Shown: one piece after another, positions 11,359-23,600 of the stretch
Layout: every line of letters begins with the position of its first letter
Numbering within the stretch: the stretch's first letter is position 1
Source of the DNA: Basidiobolus meristosporus CBS 931.73
Taxonomy: Eukaryota; Fungi; Basidiobolomycota
Direction of reading: 5' to 3'
DNA length: 64,000 nt
Assembly: GCA_002104905.1 (NCBI GenBank)
Contig: MCFE01000067.1
Location: forward strand, 1-64,000
Position numbers and translations under genes: made by a program
The notes under the pieces: model-generated
Databases searched by the model: none
Seen by the model: the letters and a program-made list of their open reading frames with translations, nothing else
Told to the model about the DNA's origin: nothing

Positions 11359-12669
11359 CTAAATGCATTCTTCACCACAGCTGTTATCAGAGGGATTGGG
11401 CTCACGATAGAAAGGTTTACTCTGCAAACAATCAGCAAGGTTGACCAACTTGTATCCTCTGCTGAGGAGATATTCGACGGCACGCTGGGCAAGAGGGATG
11501 GTCTTGGGATAGCTACCAGGTCTGAAATCAGCGGTTGTATTCCAAACATCATGGTTCAGGGAGATGAACTTTCCAACACGAGGGTTTGTAGAACCGGTCT
11601 GATCAACGTACTCCTTGTACATCTCATCTATAGTATTGACAGGATTCCAATCAACAGGATCTACGCTCCAAGTAACAACAGTATAGCCCATCTTCTGGAG
11701 AATCTTGCGGGATGGACCATCAGTGTCGCCATAGGGAGGTCTCATACAGGTAGGGACCTTTCCGAGGATCTTCGAGAAGGCATGATTTAATTTGGTCATT
11801 TCATAGACAACCGTCGATTCACTGACTGTGATGATGTCAGTGTGAGCCCAGGTGTGAGAACAGATTTGATGTCCAGATTTGTATGCACGTTTGACAACAT
11901 CTGCTAGCTGATAGATGCTTAATGTGGGGTTCCCGGTGTCGGTGTTCTTTTCGTTAAGCCCGTTAACGAAGAAGGTGGCCTTGACATTTACTCTATCCAG
12001 GTAGTCCAGCAATCCTGATGTCAATACACTTGGTCCGTCATCGAAGGTAATGGCGAAAGTATTTGGCGCAGTGCATTTGGTGACAACCTTGGCCTCCTTC
12101 TTGTTATCACATCCACCGAATTTCTTCTGGCACCCAGCAGCACAATGATCGGATGTGTAGCCACAATGGCCCCATTGACTACAGCACAAGCCTGGTGCAC
12201 AAGAGCCGAATCCAGAGCCACATTGTTCATCAAGATATCTCAGGGCTCCTGGGGTTGGAACTACGGTTGAGGTGCTTGTAGGCTTGTCAGAATTACACTG
12301 GCCGAACTGCTTTTGACATCCACCAGTGCAATGGTCGGAAGAGTAGCCACACCAACCCCACTCACTGCAGCACAAACCTGGTGCGCATGAACCGAATCCG
12401 GAGCCGCATTGCTCGTTGAGTTGCTTCAAAGGAGTCGGGGTTGGAGTATTCTTGGAGGTGGTTGTCTTGTGGGCACCATTACAAGTACCGAAATCACTCT
12501 GACAACCTGCGGCACAATATTCAGCGCTGGATCCACAATAGCCCCATTTACTGCAGCATAGGCCAGGAGCACAAGAGCCCACACCGGAACCACAGCTACC
12601 GTAACCAGGGGCAGCTTTGATAGACGCTGCTGCTAACACAGCAATTAGTACAGGAAAGACCGACTTCAT
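11359..12669 (-). CDS. Chitin deacetylase 2 (CE4) with 3 CBM18, short linkers, 436 aa
   Basis: Start MKSVFPVLIA at 12669, TATA near 12713-12720. All five CE4 motifs intact. Confidence 0.95.
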   Translation of the reverse strand: MKSVFPVLIAVLAAASIKAAPGYGSCGSGVGSCAPGLCCSKWGYCGSSAEYCAAGCQSDFGTCNGAHKTTTSKNTPTPTPLKQLNEQCGSGFGSCAPGLCCSEWGWCGYSSDHCTGGCQKQFGQCNSDKPTSTSTVVPTPGALRYLDEQCGSGFGSCAPGLCCSQWGHCGYTSDHCAAGCQKKFGGCDNKKEAKVVTKCTAPNTFAITFDDGPSVLTSGLLDYLDRVNVKATFFVNGLNEKNTDTGNPTLSIYQLADVVKRAYKSGHQICSHTWAHTDIITVSESTVVYEMTKLNHAFSKILGKVPTCMRPPYGDTDGPSRKILQKMGYTVVTWSVDPVDWNPVNTIDEMYKEYVDQTGSTNPRVGKFISLNHDVWNTTADFRPGSYPKTIPLAQRAVEYLLSRGYKLVNLADCLQSKPFYREPNPSDNSCGEECI

Positions 12670-14124
12670 AATTAAATGTAAACTGTCTGAGAAGTGCAAG
12701 AGGGAGTTATGGCTTATAAAGAGGATTACCCAACCCAAGGGAATGGATGAGATCATTGGGATGCCGAAATGTCCAGAAGTCCCATTGGTAGCGGTAGTTA
12801 GTTCGAGTAATGCAAAGGTAACACGAAGTAGGATGGCGCTAGGGCGGACGTCGGTGAGCACAAGACACACAATTTAGCTTGGAAAGAATCTAGCATCTCC
12901 TATCTGAAATAAAAACGGAACCCGTATATGGAAGAGAAACGCGCTGTGGAGGAGAAAATGGGCATCTAAAAATACATTGGCCGTAAGCAATTTGAACTCC
13001 GTTGATGACGCTGAAGCAATTCGGAGCCCTGATTCTCGAGTGAAATTGGAAAACCAGAATCCCTGGCGATGGCGGTATCTACTGCAGCTGTAATGCGCCC
13101 TCAGTGATCGCAATATAGCGAAATTCTTACATTTGAATGGGGTTCTATAAATAACACCAAACCATGTGCCAGATGATCCATCTCACCGCTATTCCAGCTG
13201 CTGCTTACTATTTATGATTTGCTGACCAATATGGCAATTTGATCCATTAGCGATAGCACACACTAAGCGATAGCCACACACTTTAAACTACTGTTGTAAT
13301 GATTACGCCTGGGATTATTGGCCAGACCCTCATTTGCATATTCTCTTGACTTTGATGGAAATATCCAGTGATTAGGAAAGTTGGAGCCAATCAATGCAAG
13401 TATGGCCAATAAACTAAACCTCGATTAATTATTATATCCTAATTTTATGAATCGACTAAGTAAATTTTAGCTACGATAATGGTTACGATGGCGGCTGAAC
13501 TACCCAACTTCTACCCAGCAGTTCACTCGCTATTGGTATTTGAGTTACCTAATCGTAAGAAATCATTGATATACATAATATGCGCAATTGAGGCTTCAAC
13601 AGGTTCCACAATGTGGCCGATCGAGTTGGATGTAGAATCAAGAATAGTTTAAAAATAGCCCAGCCTTAAGTTGAGCTTAACATGCTTCATATTTAGGTTC
13701 TGTCCAAGTCCTGAATAGTACGGTCCACTCAACGTTTTCTGGACCAGGAATCGGCTTTACGACATTGTGGCTGAGTTATATTTGTTGTGTGGTGAATTAT
13801 TAACGTGTACAAAACTGGGATAGCAATCGAGATAGGCGCCACTGAATATCTAAGCCTAACTATGGTATACGCCCAACATCAAATATCCCGGAGTATCTCA
13901 CTCGTCGATGTGGTGATTTTTCCACAACTATCACTCGAAATTGGTACATTGATCCGGTAGTGTAACCCTTTAAACCCTTTGACTAATGCTTGACTTTGAT
14001 AGCCTTACTAACATCAAGTCACTTGTCCGGGAAGAATTGCCTAAACTTCGTCGGTATCTGCAATGCCTTGCATATTTAAGTGCCATGCTTGTCTCTCGCT
14101 GAGACCCAACTTTCTCAGTTTACC

Positions 14125-14829
14125 ATGAAATTCCTTACCATCGTCCAAACAGCTCTCCTGGCATTCTCCGCCGTCGCTTCTGCCATTAGCTCTAGGCCAG
14201 CTGCTGCCCTATACAAGAGACTGAATGTCAACGACACCGTGTTCTTGATGCTGGACCACCAAGTGGGACTATACTCTTTGGTAGATGACTGGCAGTCGAA
14301 TGAGTTCAAGGCCAACGTGTTGGGCTTGGCCGAGGCATCTGCATTGCTCGACATCCCAGTAGTCCTCACCTCCAGTATCGAGGACGGACCTAACGGCCCA
14401 TTGATGCCCGAGGTGAAGAGCCTCCTCAAGAACCCTGTGTATGTCCCACGCAAGGGAGAAATCAATGCTTGGGATAATGTCGAGGTGGTCAGGGCGATCA
14501 AGGCAACCGGCAGAAAGCAAATCGTGATGGCAGGGATTGTCACCGATGTGTGTGTTACCTTCCCCGCTCTTTCAGCAGTGCAAGATGGCTACGAAGTGTT
14601 CACGGTGCTTGACGCTTCGGGTACGTTCAACCAAGGGGTTCGCGACTTCTCATTAGCACGAATGGTCCAAGCAGGCGTCCAGCCCATGAACTTCTTCTCT
14701 ACCGTGTGTGAGCTGGCTCGTGACTGGAGACGCTTTGCTGATGGCAGCCTTGGTGCACTTTTTGCCAAGTACATCCCTGACTACAAGAACCTGATGGATT
14801 CCTATTCTGCTGCTGCCAAATCCCGCTAA
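14125..14829 (+). CDS. ycaC: Secreted YcaC-like isochorismatase-family cysteine hydrolase, copy 1 (234 aa)
   Basis: Signal MKFLTIVQTALLAFSAVASA, then a collinear match to E. coli YcaC as I recall it: LDHQ(V)GLYSLV, GPNGPL, PRKGEINAWDN, AGIVTDVCV, DASGTFN, ELARDWR, IPDYKNL. The Asp/Arg/Cys catalytic positions are kept. Confidence 0.9.
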   Translation: MKFLTIVQTALLAFSAVASAISSRPAAALYKRLNVNDTVFLMLDHQVGLYSLVDDWQSNEFKANVLGLAEASALLDIPVVLTSSIEDGPNGPLMPEVKSLLKNPVYVPRKGEINAWDNVEVVRAIKATGRKQIVMAGIVTDVCVTFPALSAVQDGYEVFTVLDASGTFNQGVRDFSLARMVQAGVQPMNFFSTVCELARDWRRFADGSLGALFAKYIPDYKNLMDSYSAAAKSR

Positions 14830-15734
14830 GTGGACTGGCTAGCCTCCTCGTCCAAGAGTATACATTTTCAATAAAGTACAGCAGCTTGTTCCTGACGTGG
14901 AAGCACTACTTTTGTTGTAGCGATTATTTGTTATTTTAACTCGGATACGCTAGTCATGAGCTGAAACAAAAATAGTGACAAATCCATGTTTGAGAGAGAT
15001 GGTAACAGAAAAACAGACCTGTTTGGCATACAGAAATGATTTTTGCAATGATGGACATGGTTGCAGTCAGGCTGTTAATAGAAGCCTACACTCTCCGGAT
15101 CAACCAAATACTTTGAATTGTGGCTCATTATTTAACATTAACATAGTCGCTGCATTCCCCTCAAGTGCTCAATCATGTTTCATATTTCAGTCATACACAT
15201 AATTTATGTGGATGTGGTTTAAAGAAGTTCCAAAAAGTATTCGATCAAGTGGCTACAGAATTATAAAGAGTTTGAAGATAGTGCTGAATTTTGGTAAACC
15301 TCAGATTCATGACCTCTAGATTTAGCCCAAGTCATATACAGTACGGTCGACTCACGGCCAGTGATGAGCTTTCCGACTTTGTGGCTGCGTTATATTAGTC
15401 CAGTAGTGATCTAGTAACAAGTACAATAGTAGGATAGTAGCCGAGATAGGTACCAACGTGGGCTTGAGCCTATAGTGAACGTCCAACATCAAATAGCCTA
15501 GAGAAGTCTACATATTAGTGCAGTGGTTTTTCCACATTAAACATCCCAAATTGGTACATTAATACGTTGGTGTAACCCTATCACCTCCTTGACTAATGTT
15601 TTGCTTTCACAGCCTTACTAACATCAGGCCGTTTGTCCAGGAAGAAATGCCAAAACTTCGTCGGTAGCTGTGATGCCTTGCATATTTAAGTGCCATGCTT
15701 GTCTCTCGCTGAGACCCAACTTTCTCAGTTTACC

Positions 15735-16439
15735 ATGAAATTCCTTACCATCGTCCAAACAGCTCTCCTGGCATTCTCCGCCGTCGCTTCTGCCATTAGC
15801 TCTAGGCCAGCTGCTGCCCTATACAAGAGACTGAATGTCAACGACACCGTGTTCTTGATGCTGGACCACCAAGTGGGACTATACTCTTTGGTAGATGACT
15901 GGCAGTCGAATGAGTTCAAGGCCAACGTGTTGGGCTTGGCCGAGGCATCTGCATTGCTCGACATCCCAGTAGTCCTCACCTCCAGTATCGAGGACGGACC
16001 TAACGGCCCATTGATGCCCGAGGTGAAGAGCCTCCTCAAGAACCCTGTGTATGTCCCACGCAAGGGAGAAATCAATGCTTGGGATAATGTCGAGGTGGTC
16101 AGGGCGATCAAAGCAACCGGCAGAAAGCAAATCGTGATGGCAGGGATCGTCACCGATGTGTGCGTTACCTTCCCCGCTCTTTCAGCAGTGCAAGAGGGCT
16201 ACGAAGTGTTCACGGTGCTTGACGCTTCGGGTACGTTCAACCAAGGGGTTCGCGACTTCTCATTAGCACGAATGGTCCAAGCAGGCGTCCAGCCGATGAA
16301 CTTCTTCTCTACCGTGTGTGAGCTGGCTCGTGACTGGAGACACTTTGCTGATGGCAGCCTTGGTGCACTTTTTGCCAAGTACATCCCTGACTACAAGAAC
16401 CTCATGGATTCCTATTCTGCTGCTGCCAAATACCACTAA
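15735..16439 (+). CDS. ycaC: Secreted YcaC-like cysteine hydrolase, copy 2
   Basis: Tandem duplicate offset 1610 bp. Differs from copy 1 at about nine nucleotides by eye (D/E, R/H and the last two residues change). Confidence 0.9.
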   Translation: MKFLTIVQTALLAFSAVASAISSRPAAALYKRLNVNDTVFLMLDHQVGLYSLVDDWQSNEFKANVLGLAEASALLDIPVVLTSSIEDGPNGPLMPEVKSLLKNPVYVPRKGEINAWDNVEVVRAIKATGRKQIVMAGIVTDVCVTFPALSAVQEGYEVFTVLDASGTFNQGVRDFSLARMVQAGVQPMNFFSTVCELARDWRHFADGSLGALFAKYIPDYKNLMDSYSAAAKYH

Positions 16440-17593
16440 GCGTATAAGTTAGCCTCTTCTCACTCGGTCAAATATATTTCTTAGCAAAGTTTGAGATCTG
16501 TCATGTTCCTGATGTGGAAGCACTGCTTATGTTCTAGCAATTGAACGTATGCCGCCAAACTATTAACAGCAACACACACTTTCACAATAAACCTAATCTT
16601 TATGATAACGCAGGGGATGATATGCTACTAAGATTCTGTCTGTATCTTCCTGTGGAAAAATGGATTTTAGTACAAAGCCAAAATATCATCTCAAAGTTAG
16701 GAATAGGAGCCTGGAAGAGATTAGGTATTATTTGGAGTTCTTAGAGCTCTCAATTGTCTATTTTTAAGCGGGACAAACACAGTTTGGCCGCTTGAAGGGC
16801 CTTTTTCCTTTGCTGTATATACAGTATCTTGAACTAGAGTTTATAAGAATTATTAATTACCAAGCCTTTGACCATATTATATGGAAGCACTGTTTGTATC
16901 CTGCAATTAAAATAATAAGTTTTTTTTCATTTCTCTTCTGACATGTAGCAGGTAATATATATATCCAAAGGTAATTGCATTGGTAACTTTATACTCGAAG
17001 AGGTAGCGGATGCTCTAGCATCTGATGATTCAATACATATGTACTAAAGTATTTTATCATAGAAGTGTTGCAATTAATCAATGATAAGGTTGAATTCTCC
17101 ATAAGTATACCGAACTAGTAGACATATGGGGTATGCACTCTTGGGAATTCTAGAACGAATCGATATACAATATATTGATATTGGATTCACTATTAACCGT
17201 TAGCCATCAACCATCGATCTATTGGTCTATGTACCACCCACTGTTTAAGCACTTTGTGTACTCGCACGTATCTGGATCAGATCAATCAGGTTAACCTTAA
17301 AACAGAGTTACGTGTGAAAGTACCGAAGTGATACTTCAAGCGTTGCTCACAGGGAAAAAAGCCAATACTAAATGAGGGGTTTGTACTTCGCCATGACGTA
17401 GCGAGTATTCACGATTCCCAAGCAGGGACTTTATGGTTTTCGGTGGTCACCATTAGTCATCAAGCTTTGAAATGATCTATACCCAACACGACTTGTTTAC
17501 TAAGACTACTCTAGATCCTACTTGGTTTCCTCGACCTACTATTGATCAATAATGCTTTTATTAGATGTATGAAGTGACCATTAAATTAATCAT

Positions 17594-19387
17594 TTAAACG
17601 CAGGCTTTTGTGCCACATTTGCTATCTGAAGGGTTGGGTTCACGATAAAACGGTGGGCTTTGCAAGCACTCAGCGAGGTTAACCACTCTCCAGCCTCTTC
17701 CCAGCAGATAATCGATAGAGCGCTTGGCAAGTGGAATGGTTCTGGGATAGCTCTCGGGCCTGAAGTCGGCAGTGGTGTTCCACACATCATGGTTCAGGGA
17801 GATGAATTTGCCAACTTGAGGACTGGTCGATCCAGTCTGATCAACATACTCTTGGTACATCTCATCAATGGAATTCACCGGATTCCAATCAACTGGATCC
17901 ACATTCCAGTTGACAACGGTGTAGCCCATCTTGTAAAGAATCTTGCGTGATGGCCCATCAGTGTCGCCATAAGGAGGTCTCATGCAGGTGGGAACCTTGC
18001 CGAGGACTTTACTGAAGGCGTAATTCAGTCTGGTCATTTCGTAGACAACCTCTTGCTCACTCACGGTGATGAGGTCAGTGTGGGCCCAGGTGTGAGAGCA
18101 GATCTGATGTCCGGAGTTATAGGCGCGTCTGACGACATCGGCAAGCTCGTAGATGGTCAACATAGGGTTTCCAGTGTCACCATTCTTCCTGTTGTTCCCG
18201 TTGATGAAGAAGGTGGCTTTTACATTCACTTCATCCAGATAATCCAACAATCCTGATGTCAGAATGCTTGGCCCATCATCGTAGGTAACCGCGAAGGTTC
18301 CCGGCATCTTACACCCAGTAATCACCTCAGCCTCTATTTTGTTGTCACAAATGCCGAAGTCTTTTTGACAGCCTGTAGAACAGTGTCCTGAGGTGTAGCC
18401 GCAGTAACCAGTTTGGCCACAGCATAAGCCAGGTGCACAGGAGCCGTACTTAGAGCCACACTGTTCATCAAGGTATCTTGGCCCAGTCGGAGTCGGAGTG
18501 ACTGTAGGGGTTTCGGCAGTAGAAGTGAGTTGAATAGTGCTAGAGCTTGTAGCCAAGGTTGTGGAGATACTGGTTGTTGTCACCTCGCTACAGGTACCGA
18601 ACAGCTTTTGACAGCCTCCAGTACAATGATCAGATGAGTATCCACACCAGCCCCATTCGCTGCAACATAATCCTGGTGCACAGATACCATCTCTGGCGCC
18701 ACACTGCTCATTTAGTTGTTTTAGTGGAGTTGGAGTAGGAGAATTCGTAGTGGTGATGGAAGTGGAAGTAGTGACTGTTGCGCTGCCGACACTGCATGTG
18801 CCAAACTCCTTTTGGCAGCCTCCAGTGCAATGGTCGGAGGAGTAGCCGCACCAACCCCATTCACTACAACACAAACCTGGTGCACAAGTACCGTAACTGG
18901 CCCCGCATTGCTCATTAAGTTGCTTCAACGGTGTTGGAATAGGTAACTCAGTGGTGGTAGGGGTAGTATCAGCCGTAGTAACGGCTGTTGTGCTATCGGC
19001 GCTACAAGTGCCAAATTGCTTCTGGCAACCCCCTTGGCAGTGGTCAGAGGAGTAACCGCACCAACCCCATTCACTGCAGCATAATCCTGATGCGCATGAT
19101 CCAAACCCGGAACCACATTTTTCGTTGAGCTGTCTCAATGGAGTTGTGGCTATGGTGACATTGGTGGCGGTTGGCTTTGAGACACTACCACTGCAGCTAC
19201 CAAATTTAGTTTGGCAACCAGTGGAGCAGTATTCCGAGGTGGAGCCGCAGTGGCCCCATTCACTGCAGCATAAACCTGGTGCACAGGTGCCGTATTGGGA
19301 GCCACATTGGTCATAGCTGTACCTCGGAGCACCCTCGATGAATGTTGCAGCCAGTGCAATCACAAACAGGGAAAGAAAGGATTTCAT
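17594..19387 (-). CDS. Chitin deacetylase 3 (CE4) with 5 CBM18, 597 aa
   Basis: Signal [19 protein letters not shown], five hevein modules, TYDDGP/HTWAH/RPPYG/DPVDW/LNHD intact. Confidence 0.95.
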   Translation of the reverse strand: MKSFLSLFVIALAATFIEGAPRYSYDQCGSQYGTCAPGLCCSEWGHCGSTSEYCSTGCQTKFGSCSGSVSKPTATNVTIATTPLRQLNEKCGSGFGSCASGLCCSEWGWCGYSSDHCQGGCQKQFGTCSADSTTAVTTADTTPTTTELPIPTPLKQLNEQCGASYGTCAPGLCCSEWGWCGYSSDHCTGGCQKEFGTCSVGSATVTTSTSITTTNSPTPTPLKQLNEQCGARDGICAPGLCCSEWGWCGYSSDHCTGGCQKLFGTCSEVTTTSISTTLATSSSTIQLTSTAETPTVTPTPTGPRYLDEQCGSKYGSCAPGLCCGQTGYCGYTSGHCSTGCQKDFGICDNKIEAEVITGCKMPGTFAVTYDDGPSILTSGLLDYLDEVNVKATFFINGNNRKNGDTGNPMLTIYELADVVRRAYNSGHQICSHTWAHTDLITVSEQEVVYEMTRLNYAFSKVLGKVPTCMRPPYGDTDGPSRKILYKMGYTVVNWNVDPVDWNPVNSIDEMYQEYVDQTGSTSPQVGKFISLNHDVWNTTADFRPESYPRTIPLAKRSIDYLLGRGWRVVNLAECLQSPPFYREPNPSDSKCGTKACV

Positions 19388-20665
19388 GATGAAGGCCAGT
19401 TACCCGAGAAATCTGAGGAAGTATTGAGGAAATGTCAGGCGTTATATAGAGGATGGCATTGGGCGATGAACAGGCATTCTGGCTCAAAGAATCACTGAAT
19501 GTCAATAGGATAAGGAAGATCATCAAAGAGGAAAGTATGACAATCCACCCTTCGTCGTACCTGATAGCGGCCCATGGCTATACGCCTATTGGAAGCGTAT
19601 GGGAGGTTAAAGGTACTTTGGGTAACGTAACGGTAGCACTGCATAGTCCAGCACTAATACATGATGTACAAACCTTGTCTAACCCGCCCAAAGAATTCCA
19701 CGCTAAGTGCGAGTATTAGTGGAGGGAATTAGCTGTCTTTTAGAATTCCACCGATATGAGCGAGGCAAATGGTGTTGAAATCCATTTAACTTAGATTGAT
19801 ATCAGGTTTGTCGGGCTCGGTTTCGCCTCGGGCTTACTAAGAGCATCGAGCACCAAATCAGTAGTTACAGTAGAAAAAGCAGTTACTCTCAGTTTAGATT
19901 CATCTAGATAAGGTAGGACAAGAGGCCGTTGAAATATGACCTTCCATGGAGGCTCAATCCCCGAACTGGCTAGATGTACGAATTTTTCCGGTTTGAACTT
20001 AGTTCATTATACCCCCGAACTACGCCTCTCCCCGAAAAGTAAAGGCTCAGAAACGTATAGTGCCACAGCGTAAATACTGAGTCAAGATCAGGAGTTGGTC
20101 AACTGTAAGGAGCTACTCGGATGTAGTGATAGGTAACTATCCGCGTAAATCTACCCGACGAGCATACTGGTTCTTGGCCAGGGATTGCTGATGCTCTAGC
20201 TAAGATTTTCTTGCGCGTTCACCAATCCGTTTTACACGATTGGTCCTCTTTTCCCTGGTCATACAAGCTATATTTAGGCCGCGATAGTTTGTCTCGGGCC
20301 AGCCACCCCAATCCAACAGCCAAAATACGCCAATCCCGATCACCACAGGAAACATGCCTCTTGAGACCCAAAAGCTTGCAAGTAGAACGGAGACTCTTAA
20401 AGTGGCTGCCAACAGCAGTCTGCATTGTAATAGGAGGGAGACTCATCTCGGTAACTGCAACACCGAAGATGATCCTCCTGACAGCAAAGATATGAGTACC
20501 AGCAAGACTACCAAAGGTGGCGGTGTAGAAGAAGACCTGCCCACAAAAGAGATGCTCGGAAGTCATATGGGTGTTTGGGATCCTGCCATGTGAAGTTCGC
20601 AGAATACAATATGTCCGGTATGAAGTTGAACCTATTACTTTAAGTTGAAATCTACCTAAATTCCG

Positions 20666-23600
20666 TAAATGCAAGAGAAATACAAACCATGAATTCACTG
20701 TAAACTACCCAAGTGCTAACAGTTGCCAATTACATAGTGACTTCTACATGACACTTGATGCTTACTCAGAGGTGACATATAAGATATTTTCTTGGCATTA
20801 CCATAGATGAGCATCTACTTGATTATGAATTCAAAAAGCTCTGCAGCAATTTTGTGAGTACACTAAATAGGACTATTTAGATGAAGCTTTTTTCAAGGTT
20901 TAGCTGGACCACATAAAAGCTCATACTTCAGTGGCTTGTATAGGCTAGCTCAACTCATGAGAATGTACAATTTATTATGAAGTTAATTGCCACACCATGC
21001 ACAAGAATCCTTAGCATAAAGAGATGCAGTAAGACTAAGCCTGGCTGCCATACACTCCTCTCTATCAGCATGAAAGCACTTTTACACTATGGATTGATGT
21101 AATTTTGGAGAGTAAATGAAGTGTAACAATAGCTAAACAGACTGAGGTCTTGGTATCTAGTAGACAGACTAATATCTCCTTGCAGGGATGTAATACTCCT
21201 CAAGTACCTCAATAACAGACTATACTTGCAGAAGTACTCTGGCAGAATTTATCACATCATGAATTCTTCCATTTAGTAAAATAAGCAAAAAATCAGCAGA
21301 ATGCTAGAAAAGTTGCATCACAAGTGGAATATCCCTGCAAACTGCAACTTTTAGGATAGCAAGGTCCATCCCCCTTGTGTACCAATAAAGATACATTCTA
21401 GGCAGTGTTATACTGGAATACTCTTTACATCAGATGTGATGATAGTCATGACATTAATAGTTAAAATAAATACACCAAAATATCTGGCTGAGAAGTACCA
21501 GGAGAACACCATATGAGCTTCAGGTCTTATGTGTTTCCAAAGTATAATGATATATACTGTGCTTTATATAGTTGTTTGGGTAGCATTGCATGATTTCTGG
21601 CACAGTATCAATGCTGTAACCATATAACCTGCCTGTGGTTCATATAGTGATATAGGCCTATTCAAGGGCACAGTTAGTCCTTTGCTTGACTGTTTGACAT
21701 ATACTTAGATACTATCACTCAGCACTATACCTGATATGATTGTGTTGCAGTAAACATAATAATGCATTGATGCTTGCATCAATGCTCTGTTGCATGTTGA
21801 TTTTGCAGTAGGGGTTCTGGAGATGCTGGAATGATTAGTAGAACCAGTAGATTGTATGCATTTCACTAAATGAAATATTGAGTGCAAGGTTGACATTATT
21901 GCTTCTCTATGGTTGTGACAAAGACACTGAACAGAATAAGCTAAAAAAAGTCTCAGGAGTATGAGTTCAAAGCTTGAATGCTTTTGACTACTCTGAGTTT
22001 TCTCATGTTTTGTGTGTCAGATATCTTGCTCAAGTATTCCACATAAGTCCCACAAGGAGTATGGGCAAGATATTCTCACACTGGGGGCCCAGTATCCAAG
22101 CAATCACTACTATTGAGCATCTAGATGTACCTACAAAACTATAACCAGTTTTGTCTGCTAGCAAATGTGCTTAGAAGAGTTCATTGCATAAATGCAATGT
22201 ATAGTATGTATTGACTTATGGAAAGTTGGCAATATACCCTCACACAAATGCATGTTTTCCCAAGTGCACATGACAGGATTTGTAAAACAGTCTACTTGGC
22301 CTATGCTCCTGTGTACATCATCTTCATTATGCTTTAGTGTCAACAAGTCTAAAGCTGCAAGTAACATTTTGCTGGCACTCACACATGGACTATTTCAATG
22401 TGCCATCTGCCTCATCATAAAATGCCCATCTGCCCCAGCCATATTCAATAGCCTCCTACCCCTTTTGAGCAATGTGACTTGTATGATTATTTCTGCATTT
22501 ACACCTTTTCATTCTTGCAGCTAAGTAGTTTAATCATCAGATATCTGCAGAATCTGTAGTAACTATGTGAGCAGCTTGTCAAAATAAGGGGTACCATGTG
22601 TTTCAAATATTCTCAGCTCTCCAATAGTCCCAAAACTTTACACACATGTTCAGCAGTATTGAAAGCATATCAACTAGACTAAATACTCTGCTAACTTGGC
22701 TACTTAGATCAAAGTACACAAATCTTAGTGAACTTTGGCCAAATTCTCTATTCAAGTCTACTAGAAATATCTCACCAAAGTATCAGGAGCATATGACATG
22801 CAAAAGCTCAGAGTCATCCAAATAGCCTAAAACCATGCATGTGTACTTCTGTTGTAGGTATCTCAAAGATATTGGAAGTGATCTTAAGTACAAGTATTAT
22901 GCGGCTATCACTTGATGAGCTGTTGAGTGTAACTGTTATGCTAATACTTCAACATGATCTTGACAGAACAAACACCTATAGTATGCATAGAAAGGTCCCA
23001 AGCAAGCATGTGCAAAGTTTTGGGCTGTAGGTACACTAATGAGTTATCCTATGTTCTAGGCAGCTGATATTGTGATGAAATACTCCATGTAAATCCCAAA
23101 CAGGGTTTTGGTCTGAATTGTCTAAGATTTGTAGACTATAAGCTAAGTAATTTAGTTAGGTGAGTATTTTGGTGTATTGACAGAATATATGACATGTTTT
23201 GAGGGTTTTCTGGAGCATATTTGGATGTTTCTTATCCAAAACTATGTTACAGTATAAGTACTACATTTACCTTTAATATATCATTAAGTGAATACCACAC
23301 AATTTACTTGAAGTCAAAGTTACTCTCAAGATCTTCAATACTCCTACTACATTATGACCCTCCTTAGTCTACACTATGTATTTGATTTGCTAAAACCATG
23401 TAAAAGTATATTGTACTTCTTCCTTCAGTAACCCACCCTTTGCAGCCCCATTATATTCCTTCTGTGCCAATAACTCCAAACATTGCTGCAACACTTGCTG
23501 CAGCCTGAGATGCAGCATAAGCATAATAATGTGCAGCATCTAGAGCAGAGTGTCAATACTAAATTGTACATTGATATGCAATGAACAGGTGGCAAATATG

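Larger units (their letters stand above)
13650..16439 (+). repeat. Tandem duplication of the YcaC-like gene plus upstream region (period ~1.6 kb)
   Basis: The upstream regions ~13650-14040 and ~15290-15650 align with many substitutions. The coding regions are nearly identical. Confidence 0.85.

Noticed and set aside
20200-20698. Four overlapping 70-159 aa ORFs at the left edge of the CpG-poor block
   Set aside because: No recognisable gag, ORF1 or transposase motif, and they are mutually incompatible. It may be part of the element but I cannot support that.
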